A DNA stretch of 64,000 nucleotides from Prosthecobacter sp. (GCF_014879935.1 NZ_JACSRD010000202.1:4572-68571), one strand, 5' to 3'; shown: positions 24,795-33,396, counted from the first letter of the stretch. A program made the numbers and translations. Notes: generated by a model not told the origin, from the letters alone.

Positions 24795-25550
24795 TCACAT
24801 GCCTTTCCCCAGCACAATGGCGGGCACGGTTTTCAGAAGGATCCACAGGTCGCGGAGGAAGGACTGGCTCTCGATGTAGCGCACGTCGAGCCGCACCTGC
24901 TCGTCAAAGTCGATGGAGTTCCGGTCGCCGATCTCCCACAGGCCGCCTTCGCGTTCTCCCACCTGCCACAGGCAGGTGATGCCAGGCCGCGCATGCAGGC
25001 GGCGGCGGTCGCCGGGCGAATAGAGCGCCACCTCACGCGGCAGCGGCGGACGCGGGCCGACGATGGACATGTCACCGCGCAGCACGTTGATGAACTGCGG
25101 CAGCTCGTCGATGGACGTCTTGCGGATGAAGCGGCCGACGGGTGTCACACGTGGATCGTTCTTCATCTTGAAGGTCACACCCTGCGCCTTGTCGTTTTGG
25201 GCCAGGAGCTCGGCCAGCTTCGCCTCCGCATCCACACACATGGAGCGGAACTTCAGCATCTCGAAGTGGCGGCCGAGCATGCCCACGCGCTTCTGCTTGA
25301 AGAACACCGGGCCGCCATCACGGCGGATGAGCAGCGCCACGATGATGAACACTGGCGAGGCGAGCAGCAGGCACACGAGGCTGATGACGATGTCAAAGAG
25401 ACGCTTCACGGCGTGGGTGCCATTCACCACCGTGAGCCAGCTCCAGCGTTTCAAATGCATGCCCAGGCGCATGCGGAGACGGCCCATGCGGTTCTGCGCC
25501 TGCAGGAGACGTGCGGCTTGCTGTTCAGCGAGGTGCGATGTGTGAATCAT
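24795..25550 (-). CDS. Small phosphoglycosyl transferase (bacterial sugar transferase family, PglC/WecP-like initiating enzyme)
   Basis: RLFDIVISLVCLLLASPVFIIVALLIRRDGGPVFFKQKRVGMLGRHFEMLKFRSM..KTSIDELPQFINVLRGDMSIVGPRPP..RPGITCLWQV. All hallmark blocks are present. Confidence 0.9.
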   Translation of the reverse strand: MIHTSHLAEQQAARLLQAQNRMGRLRMRLGMHLKRWSWLTVVNGTHAVKRLFDIVISLVCLLLASPVFIIVALLIRRDGGPVFFKQKRVGMLGRHFEMLKFRSMCVDAEAKLAELLAQNDKAQGVTFKMKNDPRVTPVGRFIRKTSIDELPQFINVLRGDMSIVGPRPPLPREVALYSPGDRRRLHARPGITCLWQVGEREGGLWEIGDRNSIDFDEQVRLDVRYIESQSFLRDLWILLKTVPAIVLGKGM

Positions 25551-25584
25551 GAGTGGATCGTGAATGATGGGGCGGTGTTTGTAA

Positions 25585-25602
25585 CTCCCCGCAGGTGTGG
25601 GG
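25585..25602 (-). promoter_or_regulatory. Conserved upstream motif, copy 6 (CACACCTGCGGGGAGTTACAA)
   Basis: Core 25585-25597, 34 nt upstream of ATG 25550. A G7 tract (25605-25611) lies just distal to it. Confidence 0.5.
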
Positions 25603-25620
25603 AAGGGGGGGATGGTCCGT

Positions 25621-26868
25621 TCAGGCGGCGGCGAGCGCCGCGGGTGTCAGGACTTCCGAAACCGGGTGTGAAAGCCGTGGCGCGGCATGCTGCGCCACGT
25701 CGGTGAACATGGTTTCCAGATCGCGGATGTAGCCGTCGAAGTCGTAGCGCTCCGAAACGAGCTTCAGGCCGTTTTCACCCATCTCGCGGGCCTTGGCCTT
25801 GTTTTGCAGCAGCTCATCCAGACGCTGCGCAAACGCGCCGCGGTCCATCCACGGCACCAGATGGCCGTTGTGGCCGTCGATGAGCCAGTCTTTGATGCCA
25901 CCGGCGTCAAAAGCCACGACGGGCAAGGCATAGCGCATGACTTCGAGCCCGATGGTTGCGATAGGCTCCGGCCACACACTGCTCAATGCGACGACACTGC
26001 ATTCGCGGTAGTAGGCCTTCAGTTCCTCCTGCGGGATGAAGCCTTTGAAATGTACGCGGTCGCTCAGGCCCAGATCGCGGCTCAACTGCTCGCAGTGGGC
26101 CTTGTGATTGCCATCGCCGAGGATGATGCATTCAAAGTTGCTTTTCACCTTCGCCAGCGACTCCAGCAGCACGTCCACACCTTTGCCACGGATGATCTGG
26201 CCGGCGTAGAGGATCAGATTGCGGTCGCTGAAGCTGCTGCGGAGCGTGGGATCACCCATGCGCGGCACGGGTGCGTGGATCTCAATGCGGTTCGCGTCAA
26301 AGCCGTTCCGCAGCAGTTCATCACGCATGTAGGTGGTGACGACGACCATGCGGTCAAAGCGGCGGTTTAGCGCGATCTCGCGCTTCTTCTGGCGATAGCT
26401 CAACCATTTCAGCGGGAGGCTGCCGCCGCTGTTGTTTTTCACCACGCATGCGCCGCAGCCGAAGACGCAATAGAGCGAGGCGGCACGCGTGCAGATCTCA
26501 CGGGAGAAGTAGTGATACTTGTAGCTCCGCATGCAGTAGATGTCGTGGTCATGCACCATGCGCACGAGCGGCACATTGCTGTCCACCAGCGCCTGGATGA
26601 CATCGAGGTCGGCCATTTTGTGCACATAGACGACGTCCGGCCGGAAACGCAGCACGGCGTCCTTTGTCTGTGCCGCCGCCGTGCTGCCGGAGAGAGGAAA
26701 CGTGTGGGTGAAGACCTGCCTCCAGCCGTTCTCGTTCTTTCCGGTGCCAGGACCGTGAAGGATGGCGATGTCGTGGCCGCGTTTCGCGAGTTGTTCGGCG
26801 GTGATGAAGGCGTTGGCCTCGGCCCCGGCCAGGGCGCCGAAGCGTTCGTGAACGTAAAGGATCTTCAT
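25621..26868 (-). CDS. Glycosyltransferase family 4 with a Cys-rich insert
   Basis: Start re-set to MKILYVHERFGALAGAEANAFITAEQLAKRGH (ATG 26868). YAGQIIRGKGVDVLLESL..LSSVWPEPIATIGLEVMRYALPVVAFDAGGIKDWL. Confidence 0.85.
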   Translation of the reverse strand: MKILYVHERFGALAGAEANAFITAEQLAKRGHDIAILHGPGTGKNENGWRQVFTHTFPLSGSTAAAQTKDAVLRFRPDVVYVHKMADLDVIQALVDSNVPLVRMVHDHDIYCMRSYKYHYFSREICTRAASLYCVFGCGACVVKNNSGGSLPLKWLSYRQKKREIALNRRFDRMVVVTTYMRDELLRNGFDANRIEIHAPVPRMGDPTLRSSFSDRNLILYAGQIIRGKGVDVLLESLAKVKSNFECIILGDGNHKAHCEQLSRDLGLSDRVHFKGFIPQEELKAYYRECSVVALSSVWPEPIATIGLEVMRYALPVVAFDAGGIKDWLIDGHNGHLVPWMDRGAFAQRLDELLQNKAKAREMGENGLKLVSERYDFDGYIRDLETMFTDVAQHAAPRLSHPVSEVLTPAALAAA

Positions 26869-26905
26869 GAGGCCGCGAACATGCGGCCGTGCGCAGGCGC
26901 TTGAA

Positions 26906-26923
26906 ATCCCCGCAGGTGGGTGG
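26906..26923 (-). promoter_or_regulatory. Conserved upstream motif, copy 7 (CCCACCTGCGGGGATTTCAAG)
   Basis: Core 26906-26918, 37 nt upstream of ATG 26868 and 15 nt after the stop codon (26934-26936) of the preceding kinase. Confidence 0.5.
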
Positions 26924-26933
26924 TGGTTCGCCG

Positions 26934-29897
26934 CTACTTCGACCAGGCGGTGAGCGCGGGCGCGGCGATCTTGAAGGCCTGCTTGATCTGCTCCACCAGC
27001 GCCGGCTGGTTTGTGCGCGCGCCTTGCTCGGCGAGTTGTTCCAGCTCGCGGCACAGCGCGTGCAGTTGATTGAGTCCGAAGAGGCTGCTGCTGCCCTTCA
27101 AGGCATGCGCCACGCGGCGGAGCGAGTTCTGATCGTCAGTCGCGGCGAGTTTTTCGAGCTCCTGGATGCGTTCCGGCGTGTCTTTGAGCCAGTTCTGGAC
27201 GAGCTCGGCCGTGTCTTCGCGGCTCAGCTCCTCGATGAGTTGTGAAATGGCCTCCTGCACGGCGGATTGGTCGTCCGGCGCTGAATCCGGCCCTGGTTCG
27301 ACGATTCTCGTGTTCTCCAGCACACGGACATGACTCAGTGCTTCGGTCAGAGCCTTCGCACGCAGCGGTTTTGAAACGTAGTCGTCCATTCCGGCCGCGA
27401 GACAGCGTTCACGCTCGCCCGCCATGACGTTCGCGGTCATGGCGATGATCCGGCACCGCGGGCGCTTCCACAGCGCGGTGGATTCGATCTCGCGGATGGT
27501 GCGCGTGGCCTCGTAGCCGTCCACGCGTGGCATGTGGCAGTCCATCAACACGGCGTCATAGACACCGCTGGCAAAGCGGTCCACCGCCTCCTCTCCATCG
27601 CGGGCGACTTCGGCGGGATAGCCGTGTTTTTCGAGCATCATCATGGCCATGCGGGCGTTCACCTCGTTGTCCTCGACCACGAGGAGTCGCGGCCGGCTGC
27701 CTGTGCCATGGGCAGGCACCGTGGCGGCGGTGTCCGCGGCCTGCGGCTCCGGCTCGGCATCGGGCATGCCTTGCGCGATCTTGAGCGGCAGATGGAACCA
27801 GAAGCGTGAGCCGGCGAAACGTTCGCTCTCCACGCCGATGCAGCCGCCCATGAGCTCCACAAGGCGTTTGCAGATGGCCAGGCCGAGTCCGGTGCCGCCG
27901 AAACGACGGGACGACGAGCTGTCCACCTGGGTGAAGGGCTGGAACAACTGGGCCTGCTGCTCCTCCGACATGCCGATGCCGGTGTCTGCGACACTGATCT
28001 CGAGCGTCACCGGCCCCTCGGCCGGCGAGGTGAGACGTTTGACGTCGATGCGGATGTTGCCCTCGTCGGTGAACTTGATGCCGTTGCCGACGAGGTTCAT
28101 GAGGATCTGCCGCAAACGGCCTGGATCGCCCACCAGCGTCGGCGGCACGTCAGACGCGATGTGCGTGATGAGTTCGATGTCGCGCGCGGCCGCCTTGTGG
28201 CGCAGCAGATCCACCACGCCGCGCACCACATCGTCCATGCGGAAGGGTTCCTCGACGATCTCGAGCTTGCGGGCCTCGATCTTGGAGAAATCGAGGATGT
28301 CGTCGATGATCGTCATCAGCGACTCGCCGCTCTGTCTCACGGCATCCACCATCTCCCGCTGCTTGGGCGCGAGGTCGGTGTCGAGAAGCAGGGAGGACAT
28401 GCCGATGATGCCGTTCATGGGAGTGCGGATCTCATGGCTCATGGTGGCCAGGAAGTCGCTCTTGGCGCGTGAGGCCGTCTCCGCGGCTTCCTTGGCCTGC
28501 AAAAGCTGATGTTCCGCCGCGCGGCGGACGATGTACTGGCCGATCTGGTTGCCGATGCCGGACAGCGACTCCAGCAGCGAGTCATCGGGGTCCAGGAAGT
28601 CCCGGCTGAAAAACTCGACCGACGCGATCGTGTCTCCGCCGGCCATGACCGGAAACGACAGCGCTCCATGCAGGCCGCAGGCAGCCACCACATCGGCGCG
28701 GGCGAAGGGCTCCGGCTGGGTGGCAAAGTCGCGATACCAATGGGCGCGGCCCGTCTTCCACACGAGGCCCGGCAGGTCCTCGCCGGATTCGAAGACCACT
28801 TCCCGGCTGCGGGTCGCGAACGCCTCCAAATCGACTGCCGGATCGTGCCACAGCTCGGCCAGGCGCATGTTTGTGAAGGTCGGGTCCACCATCCACATTG
28901 CTCCGGCGGTCCAGCCGAGCTTGGTGCAGATCATCTGGATCACCTTGGCCGCCGCCTGCCGCATCGTGTCCGCCTCCGCCAGGATGCGGCTGGCGGAGAA
29001 CTGCATGGCACGACGTTGTTCGTCGAGGCGGCGTTGCGTGATGTCGCTTTCGATCGCCATGAAGTTCACCACCTCGCCCTTGTCATCATGCATGGGCTGC
29101 ACTTCCACGGAGACCCAGTAGCGTTTTCCGGAGCGATGGTAGTTCAGGACCTCGGTGCGGAAGCTCTTCTTCTCCGCGATGCACCGGGCCATGTGGGCGA
29201 TGGTGGTGGGATCGGTTTCCGGTCCCTGGAGCAAGTCTCCCGGCTTTCGGCCTTCAGCCTCCGCTTGGGACCAGCCGGTGATGCGGGTGAAGCCTTCATT
29301 CACCCACTCGATGCGTCCTTGGGCGTCGGTCACGACCACTCCGTTGTCGGTGCGTGCGGCCACCAGCGCCAGTTTGCGCAGGCTTGCCTCCTGGGCTCGT
29401 AGCTGCGCCCGTTGTTCGGTGAGACGTTTGTTGAGCTTCTGCAGATCATCCGTGGCCATCCGCTGGGTCTGCAGCACCTGCAGCAGATCGATGGTCTGGT
29501 CGTGCACGGCGAAGTCGCTCATCGTCAGGCCGAAATCGTCCACCTGGTCCGGGTCGCTGAGCCACGGACTGCCGAGCAGCACGCCGTGAGGTGGGTCGTC
29601 GAGAATGATGGCCTGGCCGCGCAGCACCCGTTTCGAGTGCTGATCTTCCAGAAGGAACAGCCGGTCGGTATGACCCGCGGCCATGGCGTGGGTGAAAACA
29701 CCTTCCGGCTTTCTCGAGACGAACAGATCCGGAAGGCGTGCCCCAACCACAGCGTGCGGGCAGAATTTCAGCAATGACGGCCCGGTTTCGAGGATCACGT
29801 CGTTGTCATCCCACACGAAGTAGAAGGGAAACGCACGGAGGAACTCCCGTGTCGGGAGGCTGCTGATCACACTGGAGGTGTCCGGGCGGAGCTTCAT
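26934..29897 (-). CDS. Hybrid sensor histidine kinase: HNOBA - PAS - GAF - HisKA - HATPase_c - REC - HPt
   Basis: The N-terminus is collinear with the heme-NO-binding-associated region of soluble guanylate cyclases: [73 protein letters not shown] plus a coiled coil. PAS: [26 protein letters not shown] follows. HisKA: [19 protein letters not shown]. HATPase: [35 protein letters not shown]: [26 protein letters not shown]. HPt: [13 protein letters not shown]. Confidence 0.85.
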   Translation of the reverse strand: MKLRPDTSSVISSLPTREFLRAFPFYFVWDDNDVILETGPSLLKFCPHAVVGARLPDLFVSRKPEGVFTHAMAAGHTDRLFLLEDQHSKRVLRGQAIILDDPPHGVLLGSPWLSDPDQVDDFGLTMSDFAVHDQTIDLLQVLQTQRMATDDLQKLNKRLTEQRAQLRAQEASLRKLALVAARTDNGVVVTDAQGRIEWVNEGFTRITGWSQAEAEGRKPGDLLQGPETDPTTIAHMARCIAEKKSFRTEVLNYHRSGKRYWVSVEVQPMHDDKGEVVNFMAIESDITQRRLDEQRRAMQFSASRILAEADTMRQAAAKVIQMICTKLGWTAGAMWMVDPTFTNMRLAELWHDPAVDLEAFATRSREVVFESGEDLPGLVWKTGRAHWYRDFATQPEPFARADVVAACGLHGALSFPVMAGGDTIASVEFFSRDFLDPDDSLLESLSGIGNQIGQYIVRRAAEHQLLQAKEAAETASRAKSDFLATMSHEIRTPMNGIIGMSSLLLDTDLAPKQREMVDAVRQSGESLMTIIDDILDFSKIEARKLEIVEEPFRMDDVVRGVVDLLRHKAAARDIELITHIASDVPPTLVGDPGRLRQILMNLVGNGIKFTDEGNIRIDVKRLTSPAEGPVTLEISVADTGIGMSEEQQAQLFQPFTQVDSSSSRRFGGTGLGLAICKRLVELMGGCIGVESERFAGSRFWFHLPLKIAQGMPDAEPEPQAADTAATVPAHGTGSRPRLLVVEDNEVNARMAMMMLEKHGYPAEVARDGEEAVDRFASGVYDAVLMDCHMPRVDGYEATRTIREIESTALWKRPRCRIIAMTANVMAGERERCLAAGMDDYVSKPLRAKALTEALSHVRVLENTRIVEPGPDSAPDDQSAVQEAISQLIEELSREDTAELVQNWLKDTPERIQELEKLAATDDQNSLRRVAHALKGSSSLFGLNQLHALCRELEQLAEQGARTNQPALVEQIKQAFKIAAPALTAWSK

Positions 29898-30451
29898 GCG
29901 GCGGCGGAGGTCCAGCGAACCTCGAAGACATCGTGATCAGCGCCTGCGGCCTTGGATTCGACCAGCGTCGCCGTGGCGGGCGTCTTGTAGAGCTTTCCAA
30001 GGCCCTGCACGAGGCCCACCACGAAGTCCGTCAGCCCGGAACGATGGGTAAGGTAGTGCAGGCGCAGCGAGTTGTCACCGATGTCCGAGCACTCGAAGCT
30101 CGGCGGGCGGAGGTTCGGGTAGATCATGGTCACCCGTGTGTGGAAGTTGGGCAGGTTGAGGAGGAACTCCTTCAGTGACTGCCCGCCGGAGCGCATCATC
30201 GCCCCGTAGCTCTTCGCGGCTGTCTCCAGCACCCAGTGCTCGCCGAAGGCGATGAGGATGTCGCGTGCCGGGGCGCCGAGGATGTCGGAGGCCGCGCTGA
30301 CCAGGTCGTAGGTGATGTCGTCGGGATAGGCCTCGTTGCTCACAAACACCTCCACATCCACGCCGGCTTTCGCCTTGATGGCTTCCCATTTGCGTTCTCC
30401 GAACTGGGTGACGACGAGATCTTCGATGGCTTTGTTGACGAGTCCGTACAT
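29894..30451 (-). CDS. hnoX: H-NOX (heme nitric oxide/oxygen binding) sensor protein
   Basis: Canonical N-terminus [13 protein letters not shown]. Proximal-His context [25 protein letters not shown]. Heme-propionate motif as Y-x-T-x-R ([18 protein letters not shown]). ATG 30451 is used; the track start is GTG 30466. ATGA-type 4-nt overlap with the downstream kinase. Confidence 0.9.
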   Translation of the reverse strand: MYGLVNKAIEDLVVTQFGERKWEAIKAKAGVDVEVFVSNEAYPDDITYDLVSAASDILGAPARDILIAFGEHWVLETAAKSYGAMMRSGGQSLKEFLLNLPNFHTRVTMIYPNLRPPSFECSDIGDNSLRLHYLTHRSGLTDFVVGLVQGLGKLYKTPATATLVESKAAGADHDVFEVRWTSAAA

Positions 30452-30507
30452 GGCGATTGAGGACACTCATAAACGAAGGAGATCCCGCGTGCACGGCCTT
30501 CCAGCCG

Positions 30508-30527
30508 ATTCCCCGCATTTGAGGGGG
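30508..30527 (-). promoter_or_regulatory. Conserved upstream motif, copy 8, diverged (CCTCAAATGCGGGGAATCGGC)
   Basis: 56 nt upstream of ATG 30451, immediately after the T-run of the terminator at 30528-30567. Confidence 0.4.
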
Positions 30528-30567
30528 AAAAAGAAAGCCCGCATGGCGTCGGACACCATGCGGGCTT
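30528..30567 (-). terminator. Rho-independent terminator ending the 19-gene operon
   Basis: Minus strand reads AAGCCCGCATGG-tgtccgacg-CCATGCGGGCTT followed by TCTTTTT. 12-bp perfect stem (30535-30546 with 30556-30567). Confidence 0.75.
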
Positions 30568-30589
30568 CGTGAGTGGAGGAAAGGCGGCT

Positions 30590-31792
30590 CTATCGCGTGC
30601 CGAGCAAGGCGTGCCTCAGCCAGTCGGGATCGCAGTAGTCGGAAAATGATTCGTCCTCAGGCGAGGCGAAGGAGAAGCGCTCCCACTCCGACTCCACGAA
30701 GGTGCGGAAGTTCTGCCGGAAGGCGCTGGTGCTGTAGGCCTCCGCATTGCGGCGGCACTCACGGGCGTCCCAGGTGCGGGTCTCGAAGTCATCCACCGCG
30801 CAGATCAGCGAGGGGACGGTCTGCTCGTCAAAATACACGCCCGTCTTGTTCTCCACGACCGTTTCCAGGGCCCCGCCTTTGCCGAAGGCGATGACGGGCG
30901 TGCCGCTGGCCTGGGCCTCCAGCAAAATGATGCCAAAGTCCTCCTCGCCCGCGAAAACGAAGGCCTTGGCCCTCTCCATGTGGTCCTTCATGACGTCGTT
31001 CGGCTGCCAGCCCATGACCTGAACGTTCGGACCGGCCATCTTGCGCAGCTTCTGAAGATCCGGGCCATCACCGATGACGACGAGCTTCTTGTCCGGCATC
31101 GCGTTGAACGCGTCGATGACGAGATCGATCCGTTTGTAGGGCACGAGGCGTGACGCGGTGAAGTAGAAGTCGTCCTTCTGCTCCCGCATCTGGAAGCGAT
31201 CCACATTCACCGGAGGATACACGACCGTGGCCTGGCGGCGGTACACCTTCTCGATGCGGCGGGCGATGAAGCGTGAGTTGGCCATGAAGGCATCCACACC
31301 GGCCGCCGTCCGGTGGTCCCACACGCGGATGCTGTGCAGCAGCCAGCGCACCAGCCAGGACTTCAGGCCGAAGTCGAGCCTCGACTCCTGAAGATACTGG
31401 CTTTGCAGGTCCCATGCGTAACGGATGGGAGAGTGGCAGTAGCAGAGATGGAGCTGACGCGGGCCGGTGATGATGCCCTTGGCGAAGGCGTAGCTGCTGG
31501 AGATGACGAGATCATAGCTGCGGAAGTCGAACTGCTCGATGGCCAGCGGCATGATCGGGAAACAGTGGCGGTAGAAGCGTTTTCCGCCCGGAAGCCGCTG
31601 CACGAAGGAGGTTTTCACCTCACGGCCTTTGAGGAAGGCGCGGTTCTTCTCATCGAGGGCGTCGATGAGCGTGAAGACATCGGCATCGGGATAAACCTCC
31701 AGCATTTGCTCGAGCACACGTTCAGCACCGCCATAAACGGGCAGCCAGTCGTGGACGATCGCCATGCGGCGTGGATGGAAAGGAGAATTCAT
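30590..31792 (-). CDS. Glycosyltransferase family 4
   Basis: MAIVHDWLPVYGGAERVLEQM..; FAGEEDFGIILLEAQASGTPVIAFGKGGALETV. Confidence 0.85.
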   Translation of the reverse strand: MNSPFHPRRMAIVHDWLPVYGGAERVLEQMLEVYPDADVFTLIDALDEKNRAFLKGREVKTSFVQRLPGGKRFYRHCFPIMPLAIEQFDFRSYDLVISSSYAFAKGIITGPRQLHLCYCHSPIRYAWDLQSQYLQESRLDFGLKSWLVRWLLHSIRVWDHRTAAGVDAFMANSRFIARRIEKVYRRQATVVYPPVNVDRFQMREQKDDFYFTASRLVPYKRIDLVIDAFNAMPDKKLVVIGDGPDLQKLRKMAGPNVQVMGWQPNDVMKDHMERAKAFVFAGEEDFGIILLEAQASGTPVIAFGKGGALETVVENKTGVYFDEQTVPSLICAVDDFETRTWDARECRRNAEAYSTSAFRQNFRTFVESEWERFSFASPEDESFSDYCDPDWLRHALLGTR

Positions 31793-33396
31793 GGGGAAAC
31801 TTCGACAGGTTGGAGAGTTGAAGGCGCGTGGGTTTCCGTTGGCGAGGCACAGGAAAGGATGACGTGTTCGATCTTCGCACGCACGGCCTCCAGGCCGTAG
31901 GTGTCGCAGGCGGTCTGCCGGGCTTTGGCGGCGAGGCGCGAGGCAAGAGCGGGATGATCACTCAGACGGCGCAAAGCGGCGGCAAGCTCCGCCGCGGATC
32001 CGGGCGTGACGAGCAGACCCGTCTCCTCATGCGTGATGATCTCCGCCGCGCCACCCGCACGTGTGGCGATCACCGGTTTGCCGGCCAGCATGCCTTCGAC
32101 GATGACGCGACCAAACGGTTCGGCGATCACGGAGGCGTGCACGATCACATCAGCGAGGTCAAAGAACGCCTGCGTGTCCTTGCGGAAGCCGGTGAGGTGA
32201 ACGCGGCCGGTGAGTGCAGGTTGAGCCGCTGTTTCGCGCAGTTGGGCGGCGTATTCGCGATCTTCAGCCGTGAACAAGGCGTCGCCGAGGAGGATCGCAT
32301 GCGCATCAGGCACGTCACGCAAGGCTTCGAGCAGGACGTGCTGGCCTTTCCACGGCGTGAGACGTCCTGCCATCAAAACGATCCATGCATCCGCCGGCAG
32401 GCCGAGGTTTGCGCGCAAAGCGGCCTGTTCGGCATCGGTGGAGCGGTTTTCCGTGAGTTTGAAGCCGTTGGGGACGACGACCACGTTTTCAACGTGCCCT
32501 CCCGCATCGTGGACCGCCGCTTTGGTGGCTTCGGAGTTCGCGATGACCGCATGTGCGAACTGATTCGCGCAAAAGACGAGCGCGAGGCGGTTCATGGCGC
32601 TGAAATGACCGGCGGAGATGATGTCATGCAGATGGAAGACGAGCTTCCGTCCGGCGAGAAAGGCCGCGGGGCCGCCGATGATCAGCGCCTTGGCCGTGTT
32701 GGCGTAAACCACATCGAACCGACGGGCGAGGAGGGCGGTTTGCAGCACGCTTTGCACCAGTTCCGGCACCACTTGTAGCACGCGCAGCCATCCAGCCTGC
32801 TTGTCCACGGCTGCGGTGCTTCCAGAGAGCGGCAGCACCTGCACCTTCACTCCATCCTGCTCCAGGGCCTCGCGGAATTCGCCATCCTGATAGAGCAGCA
32901 CCTCGCTGTCTGCCGCACGGGCGATGGCAAGATCGAGCAGCATCAGTTCAGCGCCGCCGAGACGGCCGGTTTGATCGACAAACAGCACCTGCGGCGAACC
33001 GGCGCTCTCGTTGCGACCGCAACGAAGCTGCACCCACAATCCGCCCACGCAGCCGATCACCGCGCCGAAGAATCCGGCCACCACATCCGCCAGATCCATC
33101 GCACGGCCGGGAATGTGCGTCTGGGCGATCTCGACGAGGACATTTCCAACCGTGATCGAGCCGATGATCCAGGCCAACGCACGCCAGAGACGCCTTTCCG
33201 GGCTGAACGCCAGCCAGGCGGCGGCGGCCAGAAGGGCAAAGGCGATCAGATTGAACCAGAAGTCCATGCGGTCGAGATACTGGGACCATTCCACCGGCAG
33301 GAAGGTGATGCGCCGCTTCTGAATCGTCGGCTTCAACGCCAGCCACAGCCCTGAGGAGAGCAGGACGGCCAGAATGATGCGTGCGCGGCATTTCAT
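31789..33396 (-). CDS. VanZ-like membrane domain fused to a family 4 glycosyltransferase
   Basis: N-terminal TM bundle: FWFNLIAFALLAAAAWLAF..GNVLVEIAQTHIPGRAMDLADVVAGFFGAVIG (VanZ-like). GT4: MAGRLTPWKGQHVLLEAL..ASVIAEPFGRVIVEGMLAGKPVIATRAGGAAEII. Confidence 0.8.
   Translation of the reverse strand: MKCRARIILAVLLSSGLWLALKPTIQKRRITFLPVEWSQYLDRMDFWFNLIAFALLAAAAWLAFSPERRLWRALAWIIGSITVGNVLVEIAQTHIPGRAMDLADVVAGFFGAVIGCVGGLWVQLRCGRNESAGSPQVLFVDQTGRLGGAELMLLDLAIARAADSEVLLYQDGEFREALEQDGVKVQVLPLSGSTAAVDKQAGWLRVLQVVPELVQSVLQTALLARRFDVVYANTAKALIIGGPAAFLAGRKLVFHLHDIISAGHFSAMNRLALVFCANQFAHAVIANSEATKAAVHDAGGHVENVVVVPNGFKLTENRSTDAEQAALRANLGLPADAWIVLMAGRLTPWKGQHVLLEALRDVPDAHAILLGDALFTAEDREYAAQLRETAAQPALTGRVHLTGFRKDTQAFFDLADVIVHASVIAEPFGRVIVEGMLAGKPVIATRAGGAAEIITHEETGLLVTPGSAAELAAALRRLSDHPALASRLAAKARQTACDTYGLEAVRAKIEHVILSCASPTETHAPSTLQPVEVSP

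Noticed and set aside
3397-30527. Reading the conserved upstream motif as a sigma-54 (-24/-12) promoter, a Shine-Dalgarno element or a known riboswitch
   Set aside because: The GG-N10-GC spacing of sigma-54 promoters does not fit: CAC is followed by 9 nt before TTG, not 5. The motif is too far from the ATG (33-56 nt) to be a ribosome-binding site. It is also too short and shows no covarying helices of the kind a riboswitch such as the c-di-GMP classes would have.
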